From Candidatus Nitrospira inopinata (GTDB lineage: Bacteria > Nitrospirota > Nitrospiria > Nitrospirales > Nitrospiraceae): a stretch of 32,000 bases of DNA. The stretch lies in assembly GCF_001458695.1 (NCBI RefSeq), contig NZ_LN885086.1:2610001-2642000 (forward strand), written 5' to 3'. The translations under genes were made by a program, and so were the position numbers. The first letter of the stretch is position 1. Each line of letters opens with the position of its first letter. This document shows positions 1-9,614 of the stretch, piece after piece. The notes under the pieces are model-generated. The model worked only from the letters and a program-made list of their open reading frames with translations. It was not told where the DNA came from and searched no databases.

Positions 1-909
1 TCCCTTCCACGTGCAAGGTTGGCCCGTGTCGGGATGTGTGCCGGGTAATGGGTGAGCCGTCCCTCGGTCGGCGGGTGACGGCAATAATGTCACGATTGCA
101 TTCAGCAGGGGCCAGATGCCCACTGTCTGTAACGCCGAGCCGGCGTAGAGGGGAACCAGACGCCGGGTCAGGACATCGGAACGCAGCCCCGAGAGAAGGG
201 TGTCTTGAGGCAGATCTTCTTGGGCGAGATACGTTTCAAGAAGGGTTTCGTCGCTCTCCGCGACCGTTTCGACGAGTTGCTTACGTTTTTCTTTGAGGAT
301 TGGTTCAAACGCGGGCGGGATTGGCAGGAGTTGAGGCTTTGCGGTATGAGGAGCCGAGCAAACCAAGAATCCGCTGAGAAGGTCGATGACTCCTTCGAGT
401 TGAGGACCAAGCCCGACCGGCACGACCATGGGAATCGGCTGACAATGCAGTTGCGTACGGCAGGCTTCCAAGGCCGGATCAATCGATGCTCCTTCACGAT
501 CTAATCCATTCACAAACAACAGACAGGGAAGGGCAAGTTCTTCGATTCGTTTCCAGAGACGCGCCAATTCCGTCCGAACGGCGCCTTGGCTGTCGAGGAT
601 AACGATCACCGCATCAACGGCCTGCAACGCTGCGAGAGGCTCGCCGATCAAACCAAGGGCCCCGGGAGTATCCAGAAGTGTGAGGTGGGTGTGATTCCAG
701 GAGAAGCGGAGCACGCTGGTGCTGATGGAGCAGCGATGGCGGAGTTCTTCCGGCTCGAAGTCGGAAACAGTCGTTCCCTCTGCGACCGATCCGAGGGTGG
801 GAATGGCGCCTCCGACAAACAGGAGCGCCTCACTGAGGGACGTCTTACCCGCGCCGGCATTGGACACAATGGCGACATTTCTGATGGGCACTGCACGGAT
901 ATCTTCCAT
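1..909 (-). CDS. Elongation factor G paralog (EF-G2 / EFG-II-like translational GTPase). N-terminal 303 codons; the C-terminus lies beyond the left edge.
   Basis: Absent from the ORF track because it has no stop in the window. Hand translation of the minus strand from ATG 909 (SD GAGGAGG about 8 nt upstream) stays open to position 1: MEDIRAVPIRNVAIVSNAGAGKTSLSEALLF..GTTVSDFEPEE..LLDTPGALGLIGE..LLFVNGLDREG..LVPLYAGSALQTVGIWPLLNAIVTLLPSP. The P-loop, switch I Thr, DTPG and the ..LLPSP segment are the EF-G family pattern. Confidence 0.85.
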   Translation of the reverse strand, partial: MEDIRAVPIRNVAIVSNAGAGKTSLSEALLFVGGAIPTLGSVAEGTTVSDFEPEELRHRCSISTSVLRFSWNHTHLTLLDTPGALGLIGEPLAALQAVDAVIVILDSQGAVRTELARLWKRIEELALPCLLFVNGLDREGASIDPALEACRTQLHCQPIPMVVPVGLGPQLEGVIDLLSGFLVCSAPHTAKPQLLPIPPAFEPILKEKRKQLVETVAESDETLLETYLAQEDLPQDTLLSGLRSDVLTRRLVPLYAGSALQTVGIWPLLNAIVTLLPSPADRGTAHPLPGTHPDTGQPCTWKG

Positions 910-978
910 AGCCTGCCCTCCTCTACGAATAAGAAATGGAAAGATGGTGCTGGCTGGTGCGATCCTCCTTGTTTTGTC

Positions 979-1683
979 TTATTCCCAGGCGGCCGTCTTC
1001 GCGAGCCACCCTTCGTCCGCAAAGCTTACGTAGCGTCCGTCTCCAATGATCACGTGATCGAGTACGGAGATCCCAAGCAATCTGCCGGCGGCCACCAAAC
1101 GATCCGTCAGCCGGCGATCTTCCTGGCTCGGAGTCGGGTCGCCGCTGGGGTGATTATGCAAAAAAATGACACCGGCGGCCGATTCGCGTATGGCCGATGC
1201 AAACACTTCCCGAGGATGAACGATGCTGAGTGTCAGGCTCCCTTCCGAGATCGTGGTTTCTTTGATGACCGCGTTCTTGGCATCGAGCAGTACAACTTTG
1301 AACAGTTCCTGTTTTCGATCGCGAAGAACGGGATAAAAGTGACGAAAAAGATCGGCGCTTGACGAGACGCGCATGCCCGTTGAGAGAGGCGTCGCCAGAG
1401 ACCTTCGACCCAATTCCAACGCCGCTTTGAGCTGCGCCGCCTTGGCCGGGCCCACCCCTTCGACCGAGCAAAGTTCCTCGACACCGGATTTGACCAAGCC
1501 GCCAAGGCCCCCGACGTGACGTAAAAGTTCCATCGCCACCTGCACGGCTGATGAGTCGCGTCTCCCCGTTCTCAACAAAATAGCCAGCAACTGAGCGTCG
1601 GAAAGGGCATCAGGTCCTTTGCTCAGAAGCCGCTCACGAGGTCGCTCACTTTCAGGCCAATAGGGAATTCCCTTGGCCGCCAT
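979..1683 (-). CDS. radC: RadC-family JAMM-motif protein (UPF0758)
   Basis: 234-aa ORF. The N-terminal ERPRERLLSKGPDALSDAQLLAILLRTG helix-hairpin-helix segment and the C-terminal HNHPSGDPTPSQED JAMM motif are both typical of RadC. Confidence 0.9.
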   Translation of the reverse strand: MAAKGIPYWPESERPRERLLSKGPDALSDAQLLAILLRTGRRDSSAVQVAMELLRHVGGLGGLVKSGVEELCSVEGVGPAKAAQLKAALELGRRSLATPLSTGMRVSSSADLFRHFYPVLRDRKQELFKVVLLDAKNAVIKETTISEGSLTLSIVHPREVFASAIRESAAGVIFLHNHPSGDPTPSQEDRRLTDRLVAAGRLLGISVLDHVIIGDGRYVSFADEGWLAKTAAWE

Positions 1684-1878
1684 TTTCCACCCCTATAACC
1701 TTCAAAAGGACAAAAAAATGACACCACGGACGTTTTTGTTCTAGGGAAAGAGGTCGCATTTAACCGGCTCCTGAGGCTGAAAACTCATAACCAATTGAAA
1801 TGTCAATGCTCTTAAAATTGGTTCGTCTTTTGCTACTTAGGGTGACAGAAGTGAACATATTCACCTGAGGAGGGAGTG

Positions 1879-2052
1879 ATGGAATGTCCAAAGTGCAAAG
1901 GGCTTATGATGTTGGAACGGTTCTCCGATTTTTTCCTCATTTTCTACGCATGGAAATGTATTAACTGCGGCGCGATTATTGACCGGACGATCTCCAATAA
2001 TCGACGCAAGAGCCTTGCAGCTCGAGAGCCGCAGCCCGTCGCCGCTCGTTAA
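1879..2052 (+). CDS. Small (57 aa) four-cysteine zinc-ribbon protein, function unknown
   Basis: Below the 60-aa ORF-track cutoff. ATG 1879 lies 5 nt after a strong SD (GAGGAGGGAG, 1867-1876). Translation: MECPKCKGLMMLERFSDFFLIFYAWKCINCGAIIDRTISNNRRKSLAAREPQPVAAR, with CxxC..CxxC spacing and a basic tail. It sits alone in a roughly 700-bp lower-GC gap. Confidence 0.55.
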   Translation: MECPKCKGLMMLERFSDFFLIFYAWKCINCGAIIDRTISNNRRKSLAAREPQPVAAR

Positions 2053-2378
2053 CAACAATCGGCTCTTTGAAGATCGGACTGTCATCACGGGGCTGTCCAT
2101 CCTTTACCCTCGTGAAGATGCCGTAGAACGATCAGGTTATTACAGAAGCTATGGCTATGTGCCGGGCATTATAGTCTCTCTCCCGGTTGACGGTCAAAAA
2201 AATGCTTTTATGACACGACGGGCTCAGGTACGTGGTCGAGTAATTACTAAGAAGAAAGGAGTTGGTTTGCCGTTCATTTGACGGGAAGGACCCGCCGACG
2301 ATTTCGATTTCTTGACCCCTTCAAAAACGCTGTGTTACAGTCACTCCCCTGTAATAAACCGGGTCACTTGCCCTTTTC

Positions 2379-2948
2379 ATGCGTGTCATCGCTGGGATTC
2401 ACCGTGGTCGACGTCTTCGCCAACCTCAAGGGTTTGGGCTCCGTCCTACTTCCGAGAGAGTTCGAGAAGCCTTGTTCTCCATTCTTGGCAATCGTCTTCC
2501 GGGCTGCCGCTTTTTAGATCTCTACGCCGGCACGGGGGCCGTCGCGATCGAAGCCTTGAGCCGAGGGGCTTCACACGCAACGTGCGTCGAGTCTGATCCT
2601 ACAGCGCTGAAACTGTTGAGACAAAACGTCCACGATTGTGTAGTAGGCTCTTCTCTAACCGTATATGCTCAAACTGTCGAGCGGTTCTTATCGCGTCCTG
2701 ATCTGTGGGGGAGAGAATATGATGTTGTGTTTGCCGATCCTCCCTATCCAATGGTCATGGAACTGACATCGATCTTCGAGCATTCGGCCATTGACCGCCT
2801 TTTTGCTCCGGATTCTTGGTTTATTATCGAGCATGCGGCAAAAACGAGGCTGCCCCCGCTGTTTGGATCATGTGTTTACCTCCGCGGCTATCGGTATGGC
2901 GACACCGCACTTTCCCTTTATTCGCAAACCGACCGGGCACCGTCATGA
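2379..2948 (+). CDS. rsmD: 16S rRNA (guanine966-N2)-methyltransferase RsmD
   Basis: MRVIAGIHRGRRL..P..GLRPTSERVREALFSIL, SAM motif DLYAGTGAVAIEALSRGA, catalytic FADPPY. Its stop overlaps the coaD start (ATGA). Confidence 0.85.
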   Translation: MRVIAGIHRGRRLRQPQGFGLRPTSERVREALFSILGNRLPGCRFLDLYAGTGAVAIEALSRGASHATCVESDPTALKLLRQNVHDCVVGSSLTVYAQTVERFLSRPDLWGREYDVVFADPPYPMVMELTSIFEHSAIDRLFAPDSWFIIEHAAKTRLPPLFGSCVYLRGYRYGDTALSLYSQTDRAPS

Positions 2949-3433
2949 AAATAGGGGTGTATCCAGGAACGTTCGATCCCATTACGCATGGACACACGGA
3001 CATCATTACCAGAAGCCTTCGGGTCTTCGACATCGTCGTGGTCGCCGTTGCGCCGAATCCTGATAAACATCCACTGTTTAACCTGGCCGAGCGGCTTGAA
3101 ATGGTGAAGTGGGTCACAAAAGAGCTGAAACAGGTCGAGGTCACCTCGTTCGAGGGACTGTTGGTCGAATATGTCGAGCGATCCGGAGCCCATGCCATTA
3201 TCAGGGGCCTACGGGCCATTTCCGACTTTGAACACGAATTCCAAATGGCTCTCGTCAACAGAAAGTTGGCCCGGAATGTTGAAACGGTCTTTCTGATGCC
3301 GAGCGAGGAATACTCCTATCTCTCCTCCACCATCATTAAGGACGTTGCCAAGCACGGCGGTTCGCTGACGGAGTTTCTTCATCCGGAGGTCGCGCAACGT
3401 TTGCGGGAACGAATCAAGAGAACTGTCTTATGA
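2945..3433 (+). CDS. coaD: Phosphopantetheine adenylyltransferase
   Basis: MKIGVYPGTFDPITHGHTDII.. is the canonical CoaD N-terminus (T/HxGH motif), and ISSTIIKDV lies near the C-terminus. The track start at 2816 is an in-frame upstream extension inside rsmD and was rejected. Confidence 0.93.
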   Translation: MKIGVYPGTFDPITHGHTDIITRSLRVFDIVVVAVAPNPDKHPLFNLAERLEMVKWVTKELKQVEVTSFEGLLVEYVERSGAHAIIRGLRAISDFEHEFQMALVNRKLARNVETVFLMPSEEYSYLSSTIIKDVAKHGGSLTEFLHPEVAQRLRERIKRTVL

Positions 3434-4626
3434 AACTGGCTGCACGGGTCAATAAGATTACCCCCTCCCCCACCTTAGCCATGACTGCGACGGCCAAGGC
3501 GATGGCGGCGCAAGGCATCGACGTGGTGGATTTTTCCTCCGGCGAACCGGATTTTGACACTCCGGAGCCGGTGAAGGCGGCCGCGGAAGCGGCCATTCGA
3601 GCGGGTTTTACGAAGTATACACCCTCGTCCGGCATTGACGAGCTTCGTCAGGCCATTATTGAGAAGTTTCAGAGCGAATTCGGATTGCGGTACGAGAAGT
3701 CTCAAATTCTCGTGTCCTGCGGAGCCAAACATTCCTTATATAACTTAGCCCAGGCCTATTTGGAGGCCGGCGATGAAGTGATCATTGCCGCTCCTTATTG
3801 GGTCTCGTATGTCGATCAAGCGCTGCTCAACGACGCGACACCGGTTTTCCTGCGAACCAGCGAAAACGACGGGTACGCCATCGACGTGGATGACTTGCGA
3901 CGATCGATCACGCCGCGGACCAAGGCGATTGTCATCAACAGCCCCTGCAACCCCACGGGAGCGACGTACGATCGAAAAACGTTGCAATCGATCGCCGAGA
4001 TGGCCGTGCGTCATCGCATATTGATTATCTCCGACGAGATTTATGAAAAGATCGTCTATGACGGGGTCACGCACGTGAGCATCGCCTCGCTGGGACCGGA
4101 AGTGGCGGCCCAGACCGTCGTTATCAACGGCGTCTCCAAGGCCTATGCGATGACCGGTTGGCGGATCGGCTACGCGGCGGGGCCGAAAGAGATCCTGACG
4201 GCGATGGCCAATATCCAAAGCCAGAGCACGTCGAATCCCTGCTCGATTTCACAGAAGGCCGCCGTCGCCGCTCTCAAGCTTGGCGCATCGTTCACTGAAA
4301 AAATGGTGACGGAATTTGATCGTCGCCGCAGGGCGATGATCGACGGATTGAACCGAATCGCAGGAGTCACATGCCGTATGCCCACCGGGGCGTTCTATGC
4401 GTTTCCCAATGTGGCGGGAGTATTGGGAAAGCGTGGGCCGGATGGTCCGATTCACTCCCCGCAGGCTTTGGCTGATTACCTCTTGAAACATGCCCATGTA
4501 GCCGTTGTCCCCGGAGAGCCGTTTGGGAGCAAAGAACACATCCGGCTTTCCTATGCCACCGGGATGGACACAATCAATCGAGGGCTTGACCGTCTTGCGG
4601 AAGCGGTGCAAAAGCTACAAACCTGA
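3430..4626 (+). CDS. Class I pyridoxal-phosphate aminotransferase (aspartate / prephenate aminotransferase type)
   Basis: 398 aa. Motifs: GEPDFDTP, NSPCNPTG, and SKAYAMTGWRIGY carrying the PLP lysine. ATGA overlap with the coaD stop. Confidence 0.9.
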   Translation: MKLAARVNKITPSPTLAMTATAKAMAAQGIDVVDFSSGEPDFDTPEPVKAAAEAAIRAGFTKYTPSSGIDELRQAIIEKFQSEFGLRYEKSQILVSCGAKHSLYNLAQAYLEAGDEVIIAAPYWVSYVDQALLNDATPVFLRTSENDGYAIDVDDLRRSITPRTKAIVINSPCNPTGATYDRKTLQSIAEMAVRHRILIISDEIYEKIVYDGVTHVSIASLGPEVAAQTVVINGVSKAYAMTGWRIGYAAGPKEILTAMANIQSQSTSNPCSISQKAAVAALKLGASFTEKMVTEFDRRRRAMIDGLNRIAGVTCRMPTGAFYAFPNVAGVLGKRGPDGPIHSPQALADYLLKHAHVAVVPGEPFGSKEHIRLSYATGMDTINRGLDRLAEAVQKLQT

Positions 4627-4637
4627 CAGAGTCCCCC

Positions 4638-4665
4638 TTGACTCCCGACGCCTTGCGGTTATCTT
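4638..4665 (+). promoter_or_regulatory. Candidate sigma70-type promoter for the FmdB-like gene (TTGACT-16-TATCTT)
   Basis: TTGACT 4638-4643, 16-nt spacer, TATCTT 4660-4665. The GTG start at 4702 is preceded by SD AGGAGA (4691-4696). Pattern match only. Confidence 0.3.
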
Positions 4666-4701
4666 GACTCCGTTCATTTTATTGCAAATCAGGAGAGCGC
4701 C

Positions 4702-5040
4702 GTGCCGATCTACGAATACTGGTGTCAACCGTGCGCGTATAAGTTTGAAGTCAAGCAAAGCATCAAGGATGATCCGGTTGCCGCGTGCTCTCGATGCGGC
4801 AAATCGGTCAACCGCATCATCTCACCACCCGCCATCATGTTCAAAGGAAGCGGCTGGTACGTGACGGATTATTCGGACAAGCTGAAACCGCCGTCCGGTG
4901 ATGCCGCGGACGCATCGACCTCGTCAAAAAAAGAGGCGACGACGAACACGGCTGCTGGCCCTGCGGCTTCACCGTCCACGGCAACAGCCCCCTCCTCTTC
5001 GGGAACAGCCTCCTCGGGAAGTTCTTCAACGTCTAGTTGA
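4702..5040 (+). CDS. FmdB-family (CxxC_CxxC_SSSS) zinc-ribbon putative regulatory protein with a low-complexity Ser/Thr/Ala/Pro tail
   Basis: GTG start. MPIYEYWCQPCAYKFEVKQSIKDDPVAACSRCGKSVNRIISPPAIMFKGSGWYVTDY is the family signature. Confidence 0.85.
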   Translation: MPIYEYWCQPCAYKFEVKQSIKDDPVAACSRCGKSVNRIISPPAIMFKGSGWYVTDYSDKLKPPSGDAADASTSSKKEATTNTAAGPAASPSTATAPSSSGTASSGSSSTSS

Positions 5041-5093
5041 TGTGTGCTTCCCTGCGGGTTGACGGTCAATCTTCAACTGCATGGGTAAGAGCC

Positions 5094-5480
5094 CTATCGT
5101 TTTGTTGCCGTAGACTTTTTTGCGGGCGAACGTGTGGTCGATTTCTGGGTAGGCTTGCTCACTCCCTTTTGGGTTTTGGATGATTTCGCCTGGAATGCCG
5201 CGACTTGACGCTGTAAGCCGGTGATCAGAGTTGTCTTTTCCCGATTCAACCGGCTTAACTCATCGACCTGTGCCTGGAGGTCGCGCTTGGCTTTGGTCAA
5301 TTCATCGATCTGCGACTGGAGTTCGGACTTTTCGGCCGCCAAGGTCTGGATTTCGGTCCGTAACTGTTCAATCTGAGCTTGAAGCGCCGGGGGCCAGTAG
5401 TCACATCCTGAGAGACTCATGATCAGTACGAAACATCCGGTCAGGTTCGTGCACCGCCGTACCCATTTTTTTGTCAACAT
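5094..5480 (-). CDS. Coiled-coil lipoprotein with a Lys/Ser/Thr-rich C-terminal tail
   Basis: The signal peptide ends in the lipobox LSGC (..FVLIMSLSGCDYW). A heptad-like segment follows (QAQIEQLRTEIQTLAAEKSELQSQIDELTKAKRDLQAQVDEL), then a basic tail. It lies 13 nt downstream of tsaC on the same strand. Confidence 0.65.
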   Translation of the reverse strand: MLTKKWVRRCTNLTGCFVLIMSLSGCDYWPPALQAQIEQLRTEIQTLAAEKSELQSQIDELTKAKRDLQAQVDELSRLNREKTTLITGLQRQVAAFQAKSSKTQKGVSKPTQKSTTRSPAKKSTATKR

Positions 5481-5493
5481 TCCGCTGTTCCTT

Positions 5494-6192
5494 TCAATGA
5501 ATCAGCCCCTGAAGAAGACCAGCCGTGACCCCGATCAAGGCGGCCGTTGAGGTCAACGCCGGATTCTTCGTTCTGAGCGCGGTTTGCAACATCGCTCGTG
5601 TCACGGCTCCTTCACGGATGACCTGGATGGTTTCCCCGAGGTCGATAACGGTCGATGGCGCTCCTCCCGGCGTCGCTCCTCCGTCAATCACCAGATCGAT
5701 CTCCGAACCCAACGCCTCGGCGACCTCAGCCGCGGTGGTAACCGGAGGAGCACCGGATCGATTGGCGCTGGTTCCGGTCAACGGCCCGACGTGCGTTAAA
5801 ATATTGCGTAATGGCGAGCAGGACGTCAGTCTGACGCCGACCTTTCCTGTTCCCGCCGTGAGAGCAGAGGGGAGCGAAGGCTTCGCAGGAAACAGAATGG
5901 TCAGTGGACCAGGCCAGAAGGCATCAATGAACGACGCGGCCGCCGGAGAAACGGACTCCGTCAACAGAGACAGGTGCTCCATCTTGCCGATCAGCACCAG
6001 GATGGGTTTGTTATCCGGGCGACCTTTGATTTGCGTGAGCCGGTCAACGGCCGTCGGATTGAAGGGGTTCACACCGAGCCCATAATAGGTCTCGGTTGGA
6101 AATCCCACTACGCCGCCTCGCTCGATGAGCTCGGCGACCGTCCGTGAAAGGCGGATGGACTCTGGCTCGCTATAAGAAATAATCCTTGCCAT
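5494..6192 (-). CDS. tsaC: L-threonylcarbamoyladenylate synthase (YrdC/Sua5 domain, TsaC type)
   Basis: VVGFPTETYYGLGVNPFN, KGRPDNKPILVLI, LTGTSANRSGAPP. I chose the start at MARIISY (ATG 6192) so that it does not overlap the purD stop (6222). The track start at 6267 would add 25 poorly fitting residues. Confidence 0.85.
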   Translation of the reverse strand: MARIISYSEPESIRLSRTVAELIERGGVVGFPTETYYGLGVNPFNPTAVDRLTQIKGRPDNKPILVLIGKMEHLSLLTESVSPAAASFIDAFWPGPLTILFPAKPSLPSALTAGTGKVGVRLTSCSPLRNILTHVGPLTGTSANRSGAPPVTTAAEVAEALGSEIDLVIDGGATPGGAPSTVIDLGETIQVIREGAVTRAMLQTALRTKNPALTSTAALIGVTAGLLQGLIH

Positions 6193-6221
6193 TGATACGG
6201 AAGTTTGCAAGAGAGCGGAGA

Positions 6222-7490
6222 TCAGCGCCCGAACGCGCGACCGGCGATGTCCCTGCGGTAGTGGCACCCTTCGAACGAAATGGCCGCTACCCTGCTATAT
6301 GCTTCGGCTTGCGCGTCTTTCAGCGAAACTCCCCGTCCCACCACGCCCAGCACCCGTCCCCCGGCGGTGATGATCTCCCGTCCGCGCCGGGCTGTCCCCG
6401 CGTGAAACACCATTGAAAAAGGATTTTCCTCTGAGGGTAACCCGGAGATCGAACACCCTTGTCGATACGAGCCAGGATACCCTTCCGATGCCATCACGAC
6501 GCAGACGGCTGCATCAGGGTGCCATTCGACGGTCATTTGATCCAATCGATGCTCAACAACCGCCTCGATAATGTCGAGCAGGTCCGTTTTGAGCAGCGGC
6601 AGCACCACTTGCGTTTCAGGATCGCCCATTCGCGCGTTGAACTCCAGCACGAAGGGCGCTCCCTTCACCACCATCAATCCGGCATAGATCACTCCTTGGA
6701 ACGGAGCCCCCAGCCTCGACATCGCATCGACGATCGGTTGTAAAATGTCCCGCGTCACCAGCGCGCGCAGCGCCTCCGTGCCCAGCGGCGCCGGGCAGTA
6801 GGCGCCCATGCCGCCCGTATTCGGTCCTGTGTCTCCGTCCCCCACCCTTTTGTGATCCTGCGCGGGCAACATCGGTACGACGGTTCTACCGTCCGTGAAC
6901 GCCATGATCGTCAATTCCTCTCCTTGGAGGCATTGTTCGACCAAAATCCGCTTGCCGGCCTCGCCGAATATCGCCTTCTGCATAAAATCGACGATAGCAT
7001 TGCGTGCCTCGTCTCGCGCCGTCGCAATCACGACCCCTTTCCCCTGCGCGAGGCCGTCAGCCTTGATCACGACGGGCAACGTCTGTTGTTCTACAAAGGC
7101 CAACGCATCATCGACCTTGTCGAAACTTACAGCCGGAGGGGTGGGAATTCTGGCGCGAGTCATGACCTCCTTGGAAAAAATTTTACTCGACTCTAACCGT
7201 GCCGCTTGTTTCGTCGGACCGAAAATCTTGAGGTTGGCCTTTCGAAATTCATCGACGATTCCCGCTGCGAGCGGGGCTTCCGGTCCGACCACGGTCAGGT
7301 CGATTCGCTCCCGCTCGACGAAGGCTTTCAAGCCAGCGACGTCGTCTGCCTTGATCGGAATACAGGCGGCAAGTGATTCGATGCCGGCGTTTCCCGGCGC
7401 GCAATATAACGCGGGAGCGCGCGGACTCTGCGCCAGCTTCCATGCAAGCGCGTGCTCACGCCCGCCGCTTCCGACGATGAGGACTTTCAT
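6222..7490 (-). CDS. purD: Phosphoribosylamine--glycine ligase
   Basis: [19 protein letters not shown].., ATP-grasp core, ..[12 protein letters not shown].., 422 aa. Confidence 0.95.
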   Translation of the reverse strand: MKVLIVGSGGREHALAWKLAQSPRAPALYCAPGNAGIESLAACIPIKADDVAGLKAFVERERIDLTVVGPEAPLAAGIVDEFRKANLKIFGPTKQAARLESSKIFSKEVMTRARIPTPPAVSFDKVDDALAFVEQQTLPVVIKADGLAQGKGVVIATARDEARNAIVDFMQKAIFGEAGKRILVEQCLQGEELTIMAFTDGRTVVPMLPAQDHKRVGDGDTGPNTGGMGAYCPAPLGTEALRALVTRDILQPIVDAMSRLGAPFQGVIYAGLMVVKGAPFVLEFNARMGDPETQVVLPLLKTDLLDIIEAVVEHRLDQMTVEWHPDAAVCVVMASEGYPGSYRQGCSISGLPSEENPFSMVFHAGTARRGREIITAGGRVLGVVGRGVSLKDAQAEAYSRVAAISFEGCHYRRDIAGRAFGR

Positions 7491-7657
7491 AATCGCAACG
7501 CGGTTCCCAACGAGAAGATCAGGATGTTCGACCGATTCCCCGCCGTGCTTCCGCTGGCGAGAGACAAGACATGCGCGGAGTCACGGAGCATGCCCTTTGG
7601 CAGATGTTTTCCCGATGGAGCGGCGCGAGAAAAGGCGGCAGCCACTTCACGATCCGA

Positions 7658-9211
7658 TCAGTGGCGGAAATGCCGCATGCCGGTGAGAATCATCGCCATG
7701 CCGTGCTCGTCAGCGGCTTTGATGACCTCCGCGTCGCGGATCGACCCCCCCGGTTGAATGACGGCGGTGATCCCCGCCTGCGCCGCAGCATCAAGGCCGT
7801 CGCGGAAGGGGAAAAAAGCATCCGACGCCATGACACAACCTTTGATCGGGAGCTGCGCCTTCATCGCCGCCAGCTTGACCGAATCGACTCGGCTCATCTG
7901 ACCCGCGCCGATGCCGACCGTCTGGCCGGGTCGGGCATAGACGATCGCATTCGATTTGACGTGCTTGCAGACTTTCCAGGCGAAGGCGCAGGCGGCATAT
8001 TCATCATCCGTCGGCTTGCGCGCCGTCGGCACTTGCAACGTCCGCAGATCCGGCAGCGCGCCCAGATCGCGATCCTGAACGATCAAGCCACCGACCAGCT
8101 TTTTCAGGTCATAGCCGTCTTGTTTCACCCTCGTCAGCGGCCCCACATCAAGCAACCGAAGGTCCTTCTTGCGCTTCAGTTCTGCGAGCGCATCCTCGGC
8201 AAAGCCCGGCGCGATGACGACCTCGACGAACGTGGAGGTGATTTCCTTGGCCGCAGCCAAATCAACCGGTCGATTGAAGGCGATCACTCCGCCGAAGGCC
8301 GAAACAGGATCGGTTTCGCGGGCTTTCACGTAGGCTTCCACCGGAGTCTCACCCAACGCGACGCCGCAGGGATTGTTGTGTTTGATGATGGCGACGGCAC
8401 ATTCGTCGTACTCTTTGGCCAGCTCGAGGGCGGCATTGGCGTCGAGAAAATTGTTGTACGACATCGCCTTGCCGTGAAGAATCTTGCCGCGTGAAACCGA
8501 CGGCTCTTGCGATCCGGCCTCGCGATAGAACGCCCCCTGTTGATGCGGGTTTTCACCGTACCGGAGAATCTCGCCCAGCTCAAACTGGAGCGAGAGCAGT
8601 TTGGGAAACTTCACCTCCCCGCCCCGCACCTGTTTTTCCAGATAGCCGGCGATCAAGCCGTCGTATCGCGCCGTATGCTGAAACACCTTCATCGCCAACT
8701 CGCGGCGCAGCTCGCCCGTGACGGCGTCGGCTTTTACGGCATCCAACACGCGCGTGTAATCAGCGGGATCGACGACGACCAGCACGTCCTCGTGATTTTT
8801 CGCCGCGGACCGCAACATCGACGGTCCGCCGATGTCGATGTTCTCGATGGCGTCTTCAAACCGGCAATGGGGATTGGCGATCGTGGCTTCGAAAGGATAG
8901 AGATTGACCACCACGACGTCGATCGGATTGATGTGGTGCTGAGCCATCTGCTCCACATGCGCGGGCACCGACCGCCGACCGAGCAGCCCGCCGTGAATTT
9001 TGGGATGGAGGGTCTTTACACGACCGTCGAGAATTTCCGGAGCCCCCGTGTACGAGGCCACGTCGGTGACCGTCACGCCAGCATCGCGCAAGGCTTTGGC
9101 CGTTCCTCCGGTCGATAAAATTTCCGCGCCGAGAGCCTCGAGCCCCTTGGCCATCTCGACCACGCCCGTCTTGTCCGACACACTGATCAGCGCCCGCTTG
9201 ATGCCAGCCAT
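7658..9211 (-). CDS. purH: Bifunctional AICAR formyltransferase / IMP cyclohydrolase
   Basis: [25 protein letters not shown]..; C-terminal ..[24 protein letters not shown]. Start set at ATG 9211 (SD AAGGAG 7 nt upstream) rather than the track start at 9229. Confidence 0.95.
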   Translation of the reverse strand: MAGIKRALISVSDKTGVVEMAKGLEALGAEILSTGGTAKALRDAGVTVTDVASYTGAPEILDGRVKTLHPKIHGGLLGRRSVPAHVEQMAQHHINPIDVVVVNLYPFEATIANPHCRFEDAIENIDIGGPSMLRSAAKNHEDVLVVVDPADYTRVLDAVKADAVTGELRRELAMKVFQHTARYDGLIAGYLEKQVRGGEVKFPKLLSLQFELGEILRYGENPHQQGAFYREAGSQEPSVSRGKILHGKAMSYNNFLDANAALELAKEYDECAVAIIKHNNPCGVALGETPVEAYVKARETDPVSAFGGVIAFNRPVDLAAAKEITSTFVEVVIAPGFAEDALAELKRKKDLRLLDVGPLTRVKQDGYDLKKLVGGLIVQDRDLGALPDLRTLQVPTARKPTDDEYAACAFAWKVCKHVKSNAIVYARPGQTVGIGAGQMSRVDSVKLAAMKAQLPIKGCVMASDAFFPFRDGLDAAAQAGITAVIQPGGSIRDAEVIKAADEHGMAMILTGMRHFRH

Positions 9212-9614
9212 GTGCACGCTCCTTGGCAATGCTGATTTTTAGCTTGTTGAAGGGTAAATGATTGCTTCCGAAAGGCGGGCGCAGGATAGCAGATCAACGC
9301 AAGTGAGTGCAAGAAGCGGAGGTCCGTTCTTCTTTTTACAAGGCCGCTCACTGGGTGTTCCACTCTGAAACAATGAATCGGAGTGGGTTAAATCCACAAA
9401 ACGGGTCTGCGGTGGTCCGGTCGATCTCTCCCTGCGTCATCGCGTAGCCACGTACATAAATGATCGGATGCCACGGGCCGTTCATATTGGGAGACATGAT
9501 GTCCTCTCCCATTTTCGGAATTGGTGGAATTTGCGGCGGATTCTCCGCCGATTGGAAGGTTCCGTCAAGGACAAACGGCGGAATCTGCCCTGTCGGACCC
9601 GATCAAACGAGCGA

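Noticed and set aside
927-984. 8-bp inverted repeat gaataaga..tcttattc flanking the radC / EF-G intergenic region
   Set aside because: The arms are AT-rich and 42 nt apart, and one arm overlaps the radC stop. This is plausibly chance and I could not support a function.
586-1362. 258-aa plus-strand ORF bridging the EF-G paralog and radC
   Set aside because: It crosses an intergenic region and is antisense to two genes with clear family motifs. Its composition is shadow-like.
2185-2197. 13-mer GGTTGACGGTCAA, repeated identically at 5057-5069 and containing the palindrome TTGACnGTCAA
   Set aside because: By rough estimate, several chance 13-mer matches are expected in 32 kb. With only two copies and no shared context, I do not treat it as a repeat family.
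6895-9118. Plus-strand ORFs of 263, 307 and 203 aa (6895-7686, 7571-8494, 8507-9118)
   Set aside because: They are antisense shadows of purD and purH, both of which are identified with high confidence.
9212-9340. Possible ZTP (pfl) or purine riboswitch in the purH leader
   Set aside because: I could not find the conserved ZTP or purine-aptamer core sequences by eye. Only a weak promoter-like TTGCAC-18-TATCCT is present on the minus strand. An Rfam scan would be needed to be sure.
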